From a virus (lineage: Duplodnaviria > Caudoviricetes), in the IMG/VR virus record IMGVR_UViG_3300031994_000035, positions 59,840-123,839 of that record: 64,000 nt of DNA; one strand, written 5' to 3'. A program made the translations under genes and the position numbers. The notes under the pieces are model-generated. The model saw only the letters and a program-made list of their open reading frames with translations, was not told the origin of the DNA and ran no database searches. Numbering within the stretch: the first letter of the stretch is position 1; each line of letters begins with the position of its first letter. Of the stretch, positions 57,727-64,000 are shown piece by piece.

Positions 57727-58203
57727 ATGAAACAGCATAAATGTGACGGATGCCTAAACTTCAATCCTGAAAAAATCTGTGAAAAAAGAAAACATGATAT
57801 GTCCTGTTATGAGACTTATGATACCGTACAGCACACTATAAGTCCTTCAGCACACAAACTGTTTACAGAACTTGAAAGAGGCGACGAACTGTTTCAATGG
57901 GAATTCAAGAGAGGTAAGAATTCATTTCCTACCATGACCTTTAATAAAATAGATATTAGACGGATCGACAAATGTAAGGATGGCAGCATAAATGTTTTAG
58001 GAGACCGTCTTGCGACATATCTGTTGAGGTATAGCGAGTCAAGCTTTTATGCATGGTGGTGTGAAACAAACAATTCGATATGTGCGTTCTCGACATACAT
58101 GTCAACACCAGATGAAATCCTGAATGATGCGTTATGCTGCATTCAGGCGGATCTTGCAGAAATAGGCAATTTAAAGAAATGCGACAATCTTTGTCACAAG
58201 TAG
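57727..58203 (+). CDS. 'KLF.xL..GD.L' family protein
   Basis: Motif and C.FST shared with 58723 and 59240. Confidence 0.7.
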   Translation: MKQHKCDGCLNFNPEKICEKRKHDMSCYETYDTVQHTISPSAHKLFTELERGDELFQWEFKRGKNSFPTMTFNKIDIRRIDKCKDGSINVLGDRLATYLLRYSESSFYAWWCETNNSICAFSTYMSTPDEILNDALCCIQADLAEIGNLKKCDNLCHK

Positions 58204-58228
58204 TAAGAACCAAAATAAAGTGGAAATT

Positions 58229-58690
58229 ATGGAAACAATGGCTATGAAGGATTTAATTAGAAAAGAGCTTATCTCAGATATGTTTGAGACTTATAAGTAT
58301 TTTGGCATTACAAGGGATATTGTCACTTCTGTAATAGACAGAACATTATCTGATGAAGATTACAATGCCAAAAACGTAAAGAAACAAATTGAGATTTCTA
58401 ATGACATGTTGTTTGGAAAATCTATTACAGATGTCTGTACTTACTTAAAATCGCTTGAAGAGAAATACGGCAAAGGCACGGTTGAAGAAATATGGAGTTC
58501 TTATGAAGAAAACTATTTTGTCTATGAATATGATTCCATTGAAGATAAAGATGAACTGTATTCAAGATTAAGCCGTGTTGTATATGAAGCTATTTTAGAA
58601 GAAAAAGACAGAATGGAAGCCGAGCAAAAAAGATTAGACAGGATGGCAAGAATTGAAAGTGAATTAGCAACTTTAAAGGAAGAACTATAA
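58229..58690 (+). CDS. Hypothetical protein
   Basis: ATG at 58229. Confidence 0.7.
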   Translation: METMAMKDLIRKELISDMFETYKYFGITRDIVTSVIDRTLSDEDYNAKNVKKQIEISNDMLFGKSITDVCTYLKSLEEKYGKGTVEEIWSSYEENYFVYEYDSIEDKDELYSRLSRVVYEAILEEKDRMEAEQKRLDRMARIESELATLKEEL

Positions 58691-58722
58691 GTATTAAAAT
58701 GTAAATTTAAAATATTATAGTT

Positions 58723-59130
58723 ATGGAAAAATCGAATAAACTATTTTCAGACCTTAAACCTGGTGATACTTTATATCATCTGATATTCAACTCAGACGGT
58801 AGCAAATGGATTCTTGAAAGATGCAACAAGCTTATTGTAATGTCGACAGAGATTGACGACAATGAATTTAAGAAAGAGCTTATAATGCATTGTGCAATAT
58901 CCAATATCAAGCTTCCTGACTACATCTGCAATGTTGACACATATGGCATTGATGATTGTGACTTAAATAAGTCAATCTGTACATGGTTTTCAGGGTCAGA
59001 GACACTATGTATGTTTTCAACCAGCGAACCTATGTGCATAAGCAATGAAATAAAGAAGATTCTGACAAGCTACAATCCTGTATGGCCTTCTGACGATGAA
59101 GAAGATACAGATAATGAAGATGATTTTTAA
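58723..59130 (+). CDS. 'KLF.xL..GD.L' family protein
   Basis: Paralog of 59240. Confidence 0.7.
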   Translation: MEKSNKLFSDLKPGDTLYHLIFNSDGSKWILERCNKLIVMSTEIDDNEFKKELIMHCAISNIKLPDYICNVDTYGIDDCDLNKSICTWFSGSETLCMFSTSEPMCISNEIKKILTSYNPVWPSDDEEDTDNEDDF

Positions 59131-59147
59131 AATAAAATCATGAAAGA

Positions 59148-59239
59148 TGTAAAAATTTTTCAAGATTTTGATCCAACTTTCAAAAAGTCGTATTATATTT
59201 ACCTCAACAAATTAGTATTAACATTAAAATTAAACGGAG
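59148..59239 (+). promoter_or_regulatory. Early promoter repeat, copy 5
   Basis: Near-identical to 3075-3166. Confidence 0.8.
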
Positions 59240-59602
59240 ATGAAGACAAGTACACAAAACAAACAGCATAAACTGTTCTGCAACCTTGAAGTAGGCGATG
59301 TGATATATCATATGGTTTATAAATTTAATAATAAGGAATGGGTCTTGGATGGATATAATAAGATCACAATCTCATCTTTCAATACGGGATCTATGACTAA
59401 TTTTTCAGGGTTGAAGCAAAATATGCTGTATGACAATATTCCTGTAATTCATGACACATATGGTATGGATAACTATGACTATGAAAAACATATTTGTTCA
59501 TGGATTTCATTTTCAGGGAAATTATGCATATTCTCGACTTCAAGCCTGGAGGATTCGAAAGATGAAATAAATCAAATTTTGAAAAATAACAGCATGATGT
59601 AA
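59240..59602 (+). CDS. 'KLF.xL..GD.L' family protein
   Basis: Stop codon lies inside the next repeat copy. Confidence 0.7.
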   Translation: MKTSTQNKQHKLFCNLEVGDVIYHMVYKFNNKEWVLDGYNKITISSFNTGSMTNFSGLKQNMLYDNIPVIHDTYGMDNYDYEKHICSWISFSGKLCIFSTSSLEDSKDEINQILKNNSMM

Positions 59603-59689
59603 AAATTTTTCAAAATTTTGATCCAACTTTCAAAAAGTTGTATTATATTTACCTCAACAAATTAATATTAACATTAAAATTAAACTGTT
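59598..59689 (+). promoter_or_regulatory. Early promoter repeat, copy 6
   Basis: Near-identical to 3075-3166. Confidence 0.8.
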
Positions 59690-59863
59690 ATGAAACAAGG
59701 ATTGACAAAACGATATAGAAAATTTGGATGGGAGTTCTATGAGCTTCTTGACTGGCGCAGATCAGGAAAAGTTCGTAAAAGCTACAAAAAATCCTTTAAC
59801 GGAAGAGCTAGAGCCAATGACAAGAAAGCTGTCAGAGATATTGTATTATCTGAAATTTGCTGA
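59690..59863 (+). CDS. Small basic protein, 57 aa (not in the ORF track)
   Basis: ATG directly after the repeat: MKQGLTKRYRKFGWEF...RDIVLSEIC. Confidence 0.7.
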   Translation: MKQGLTKRYRKFGWEFYELLDWRRSGKVRKSYKKSFNGRARANDKKAVRDIVLSEIC

Positions 59864-59867
59864 CAGA

Positions 59868-60065
59868 ATGAATCAGGCTGATAACATATATGTAATGAGA
59901 TATGTGAATCGTCACAGAAGTTGCAGTTGCTGCATATTCTACGGTCGTACATATAAGGAATGTATGTTTAATCCTATAAACCCGCAGAAGATAGTGGGCA
60001 ATGTAGCAATTCATACGATGTGTAAGAACTTTAAGTTTGACGGTAAGGTTTATATTAAAAATTGA
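59868..60065 (+). CDS. Small Cys-rich protein
   Basis: ATG 4 nt after the previous stop; CSCC...C...C. Confidence 0.6.
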   Translation: MNQADNIYVMRYVNRHRSCSCCIFYGRTYKECMFNPINPQKIVGNVAIHTMCKNFKFDGKVYIKN

Positions 60066-60070
60066 GCATT

Positions 60071-60400
60071 ATGACACAAGAAGAAAAACAATTGTTATTG
60101 AAAGACCTATGTGCAAGATTGCCTTATAAAGTTAACATTCAAGTCAAAGACTGGACAGTTTTGGAGGCAGAACTTAAAATTGGACATATCGACAGATTAC
60201 AGCATGATGAAATAGAACTTAAGCCTTATCTCCGCTCGATGTCAAGTATGACTGATGAAGAGAAGAAAGAATATTTTGATGTTGCATCAGTAAGCAATCA
60301 TTGTGCTGCTGTTGATTGGCTCAATTCTCATCACTTTGACTATCGAGGTTTGATTCCGATTGGTTTGGCATTGGAAGCTCCAAAAGATATGTATGTATAA
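60071..60400 (+). CDS. 'LLKDLCARLPY' paralog family protein
   Basis: Conserved blocks. Confidence 0.8.
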   Translation: MTQEEKQLLLKDLCARLPYKVNIQVKDWTVLEAELKIGHIDRLQHDEIELKPYLRSMSSMTDEEKKEYFDVASVSNHCAAVDWLNSHHFDYRGLIPIGLALEAPKDMYV

Positions 60401-60420
60401 AATGGATTAAAAACAAAGAT

Positions 60421-60792
60421 ATGGAGATAAAACACACAAGTACGTATAAAATAACGTCCTATAACGGAATGTCAGATATTGACATATTCGAGATAGAATG
60501 CAACCTGGAGCAACATGAAAACGGTTATTGCACTGAGATTCATGTTACGTCCCATATAGGGAATATCATCACATATACCTCTGAAAAACAAGCAGCAGGT
60601 GAATTTGATATGGATTCCTTCTGTAAAGATACAGACGCTATAAATGAATTACGTAGCTGGCTTTGGGAATGCCATGATAACAAACCTACAGATTCTAAGT
60701 CTGTAGAGCTTCGTCATAAGACGCTATTAGACGAGCTTGACAATATTGTAGATGAATATTGCAAAAAGTATGGATTTGATTATGATTTATAA
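60421..60792 (+). CDS. Hypothetical protein
   Basis: 123-aa ORF. Confidence 0.7.
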   Translation: MEIKHTSTYKITSYNGMSDIDIFEIECNLEQHENGYCTEIHVTSHIGNIITYTSEKQAAGEFDMDSFCKDTDAINELRSWLWECHDNKPTDSKSVELRHKTLLDELDNIVDEYCKKYGFDYDL

Positions 60793-60803
60793 CTTATAAG
60801 ATT

Positions 60804-61241
60804 ATGACTCAAGAAGAAAAACAATTGTTATTGAAAGACCTATGTGCAAGATTGCCATATGGTGTTAAAGCTACAACTACATCTAATGGATGGAAGGATG
60901 TTTATATCGTGTCCGGATATAATAACGATAGAATTTATCTGGATTGTCCAATCTATGATGAAGGTGATGATGAATGGTTGATTGAATCCGTAAAGCCTTA
61001 TCTCCGTTCGATGTCAAGCCTTACTGATGAAGAGAAAGATGAGTTTGATTCATTATGGAATGATGGTTTTGGTGAAGCACTTGATGCCCAGCTTAACGGA
61101 CAAAATGACTTATCTGTAAAAACATTAGAGATAACAGCATCATATAAATCTATTCAATGGCTTCTTGAACATCATTTCGACTTCATGGGTTTAATCCAAA
61201 AGGGTCTTGCATTAGAAGCACCTGAAGGAATGTATAACTAA
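60804..61241 (+). CDS. 'LLKDLCARLPY' paralog family protein
   Basis: Conserved blocks. Confidence 0.8.
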   Translation: MTQEEKQLLLKDLCARLPYGVKATTTSNGWKDVYIVSGYNNDRIYLDCPIYDEGDDEWLIESVKPYLRSMSSLTDEEKDEFDSLWNDGFGEALDAQLNGQNDLSVKTLEITASYKSIQWLLEHHFDFMGLIQKGLALEAPEGMYN

Positions 61242-61339
61242 AATTTACAAAAATGTCTTATAAATATTTTCCTATTGAATTTTCTTCTTATGAAGAATAT
61301 ATCAAATACCTTAAAGAAAAAGGACTTGCTCTTGAAGCA
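61231..61339 (+). repeat. ~110-bp direct repeat (second copy 63213-63321) encoding mini-ORFs MSYKYFPIEF...KGLALEA
   Basis: Near-identical copies; ORFs 61253-61354 and 63235-63348. Confidence 0.85.
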
Positions 61340-61372
61340 CTTAAAGGAATGTAATTTTAAACAATTAAAATT

Positions 61373-62152
61373 ATGACTCAAGTAGAATTAAATGCTGTAA
61401 TTGAAAGACATAAACATTGGTTAAATCAGGACTGTAATGGATGGGAAGACATGTGTGCTGATTTAAGAGATGCTAATTTAAAATGCCTCGATTTGAAATA
61501 TGCCAATTTAAGTAAAGCTGATTTAAGCAACGCTAATTTGAGTAAAGCAAATTTGTGTTATGCCGATTTAAGCGAAGCAAATTTGAGTAAAGCAAATTTG
61601 ATAGAAGCCAATTTAATCGGGGCAAATTTAAATGGAGCAGATTTAAAGAACGCCTATTTGAATTATGCTCTTCTAAAGGGTGCAGATTTGGCAGGAGCCA
61701 ATTTAAAAGGATCTTATTTACAGTATGCAATTTTAAGTAATACAAGACTGATTAGAGCCAATTTGGACGGTGCAGATTTGGAGTATGCAAATTTGTGTGA
61801 AGCTGATTTAGATGATTCTGAAAAATGTCGTCAAGGTATGATTCTAACTGAATCATTAAAAGGCTACAAGAAAACAGCTGAAGACAATGTTATAGAGCTT
61901 GAGATACCTGAAGGCGCAATTGTGTTCTCTATCAATAATAATAACTGCCGCACTAATAAGGCAATTGTAAAGAAATGTGAAGGCATCCAGCATTCGTGGT
62001 TTAATTCAAGTTTTGAATATAAGGAGGGAGATGTAATCGAGGTCAAGGAATTTAATATGCAATACAATGCCGAATGCGTTGAAGGCATTCATTTCTTTCG
62101 AACGAAGGAGGAAGCTGAAAAATATAAAATAGATGATATTGACGTAATGTAA
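61373..62152 (+). CDS. Pentapeptide-repeat protein with DUF5758-like C-domain
   Basis: A[DN]Lxx repeats; CRTNKA and ECVEGIHFF. Confidence 0.9.
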   Translation: MTQVELNAVIERHKHWLNQDCNGWEDMCADLRDANLKCLDLKYANLSKADLSNANLSKANLCYADLSEANLSKANLIEANLIGANLNGADLKNAYLNYALLKGADLAGANLKGSYLQYAILSNTRLIRANLDGADLEYANLCEADLDDSEKCRQGMILTESLKGYKKTAEDNVIELEIPEGAIVFSINNNNCRTNKAIVKKCEGIQHSWFNSSFEYKEGDVIEVKEFNMQYNAECVEGIHFFRTKEEAEKYKIDDIDVM

Positions 62153-62199
62153 AGGAATGTATAACAATTAAATAAAAATAATTAAAAATCATTATAAGT

Positions 62200-62577
62200 A
62201 TGGAAAATATACAGGAAATAACAGGGATGTTTGAAAACGGATTTTATGTTAACACCGAAGTGACAAAATTTATCGGTGCAATATTGGATGCACCTGGAAA
62301 TTTGATAGGTATTGGTGAACTAAAGGAACCGATAACTATCGACCGTAATCTATGTATTAAAATTTCGAGATTGCTTGATATAAATACCGATATATCTGAC
62401 TCTCCTATAAAAGATAAATGTTTTTATGTGAACATAGGACTTTTAAATTTCATTTATCGTGTTTTGAAAGTAGGTCTTGAAATGATACAAACTACTGACA
62501 CGATGTTAAAGAAGGTTTATTTACTTAAAGTATTCGAACATCCTCTTATATGCTCGATAATAACAAAGGAGGAATAA
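62200..62577 (+). CDS. Hypothetical protein
   Basis: 125-aa ORF. Confidence 0.6.
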   Translation: MENIQEITGMFENGFYVNTEVTKFIGAILDAPGNLIGIGELKEPITIDRNLCIKISRLLDINTDISDSPIKDKCFYVNIGLLNFIYRVLKVGLEMIQTTDTMLKKVYLLKVFEHPLICSIITKEE

Positions 62578-62791
62578 ATTATGAGAAACATATGTTGTGA
62601 TTGTAAACATTGTAAGATAGTACCTGTAAACAGCATTTAGCAAGGTATTGTAAAAATGATCTTTCAAAAAATACGTTTTAGATATAATTGATTATCTCGA
62701 ATGCAGTAATGACCTGATATGAAAATGTAAGGATTTCAAACTTGCTCTTACTACAAGAATTTAATAATTTTTCATATTTAAAATTGAAATT

Positions 62792-63223
62792 ATGACTCAA
62801 GAAGAAAAACAATTATTATTAAGGGACCTTTCAGCGAGGCTGCCGTATGGTATAATGTTTCAATATCAAACAGGTAGTTTTAATTCAACAGGAACAAGTG
62901 ATTATTTTCCAATGGTTGGAATAGTTCAGAATGCTGTTGTCCTTGATATAAAGAACAGGGGATTATTCAATTTATCTTTAGAAGATAGTCAATGCAAACC
63001 ATACTTGCGTCTAATGTCAAGTATGACAGATAAAGAGAAGAAGGTATATAGAAGTTTACAGGATAAAATAACTGTACAATGTGATAATCTTGACCAACCA
63101 ATTGGTTATACATATGTACAAACTATTAAATCAATTGACTGGCTTAATAAAAAGATGTTCGACTATCTAGGGCTTATTGAAAAGGGTCTTGCATTGCAAG
63201 CTCCTGACGATATGTATAATTAA
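62792..63223 (+). CDS. 'LLKDLCARLPY' paralog family protein
   Basis: Conserved blocks. Confidence 0.8.
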   Translation: MTQEEKQLLLRDLSARLPYGIMFQYQTGSFNSTGTSDYFPMVGIVQNAVVLDIKNRGLFNLSLEDSQCKPYLRLMSSMTDKEKKVYRSLQDKITVQCDNLDQPIGYTYVQTIKSIDWLNKKMFDYLGLIEKGLALQAPDDMYN

Positions 63224-63356
63224 AATTTACAAAAATGTCTTACAAATATTTTCCTATTGAATTTTCTTCTTATGAAGAATATATCAAATACCTTAAAGAA
63301 AAAGGACTTGCTCTTGAAGCATCAGAAGGTATGTACAATTTTAAATAATCAAACAA

Positions 63357-63554
63357 ATGATAATAGAATACAAGAATCAATGGTCTACTACACAATGTCC
63401 GCACGCGGATTTTTTGTTGCGAGTAGGTAGTGAGTGGTGTAGTAAATGTAAGTATAACAAACTTACAAGAACAGATATTTTTGGTGATGGTTACGTTGAC
63501 TGCACCTGTCCAGATGATAAGAAATTTGAAAATTTACAAGAGAAAGATGCCTGA
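63357..63554 (+). CDS. Small Cys-rich protein
   Basis: CP...RVGS..CSKC...C. Confidence 0.65.
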   Translation: MIIEYKNQWSTTQCPHADFLLRVGSEWCSKCKYNKLTRTDIFGDGYVDCTCPDDKKFENLQEKDA

Positions 63555-63587
63555 AGACAATTATAATCTTAATAAACAATTACAATT

Positions 63588-64000
63588 ATGACAAACGAAG
63601 AACAAGAATTGCTGATTAAAGACTTATGTGCACGTCTTCCATATGGAATACAAGGAATATCTTCATGGGGAGAAGTGTCGTCATTAGTTACAATAGGTGA
63701 AGAAGAATGGGATATTTTAACTTCGCTTAATTATGATATAGTAAAACACGGATGGAGACCTTATCTACGTTCGATGGAAACTATGACTGAGGAAGATTTA
63801 ATTTCCTATGCCAAATATGACTTTGCTGATGACGATATTTATAAGATAGTTGACTTCCGCTGTACAGGAAAGGGCTTCATAAATATTTACTGTTCATTAG
63901 TGCGTGATCCAGAACATTATCCCGTAATTTTTCAAAGGACAAAAACTTCACCATTGGAAAATTGGCGAGGAATTGATTGGCTTAATGCACATCACTTCGA
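63588..64000 (+). CDS. 'LLKDLCARLPY' paralog, truncated by the window end
   Basis: MTNEEQELLIKDLCARLPYG...RPYLRSM...DWLNAHHF. Confidence 0.8.
   Translation, partial: MTNEEQELLIKDLCARLPYGIQGISSWGEVSSLVTIGEEEWDILTSLNYDIVKHGWRPYLRSMETMTEEDLISYAKYDFADDDIYKIVDFRCTGKGFINIYCSLVRDPEHYPVIFQRTKTSPLENWRGIDWLNAHHF

Noticed and set aside
55609-59689. CRISPR array or integron attC sites
   Set aside because: The repeats are ~90 bp, non-palindromic, separated by whole genes and promoter-like; no cas or integrase gene is present.
59724-60065. 113-aa ORF from the supplied track
   Set aside because: Better explained as two genes, 59690-59863 and 59868-60065.
62581-62760. Cys-rich gene starting MRNICCDCKHC
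   Set aside because: Interrupted by an early stop and frameshifts; probably a decayed remnant, too weak to call.
61231-63321. Diversity-generating retroelement TR/VR pair
   Set aside because: No reverse transcriptase in the window, and the differences are not adenine-specific.
1-64000. Alternative genetic code (TAG recoded, as in Lak phages)
   Set aside because: Core genes are full length in code 11, and TAG ends genes at natural positions (14940, 22469, 29196, 46119).

Overview
The window is a 64-kb piece of a large, AT-rich T4-like (myovirus/jumbo) phage genome read in the standard genetic code. The host is probably Bacteroidota (Prevotella-like), judged from the promoter boxes. The central core (~12-49 kb) encodes an NAD-dependent DNA ligase, a gp46-like SMC ATPase, dCMP deaminase, a gp32-like SSB, RuvC, an RNase H/5'-3' exonuclease, primase, thioredoxin, a TerS-like protein, a tape-measure-like protein, gp4-like and gp26/gp51-like morphogenesis genes, a holin, RimK, an M16 peptidase, UDP-galactopyranose mutase and two glycosyltransferases. 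The flanks (1-11 kb and 49-64 kb) are accessory arrays of small paralogous genes headed by a repeated ~90-bp promoter element. Two tnpA-less TnpB (IS200/IS605) elements are present. The strongest leads are: (1) a free-standing ~740-nt RNA with a group I intron core, an altered P7/G-binding region and no host gene, directly upstream of a radical SAM gene and two proteins sharing an 'SDVITNSSSELF' leader; (2) a family of late proteins, including the DNA ligase, carrying T4-type capsid-targeting N-termini; (3) a phage-encoded galactofuranosylation pathway (Glf plus a DUF4422/GT111 protein); (4) a probable +1 frameshift joining the gp26-like and gp51-like ORFs; (5) a second structured ncRNA; (6) an AT-rich block, a CTGACRG motif cluster and a GC-rich terS segment that may mark an ori or pac site. 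All assignments come from reading motifs by eye; no database searches were run.
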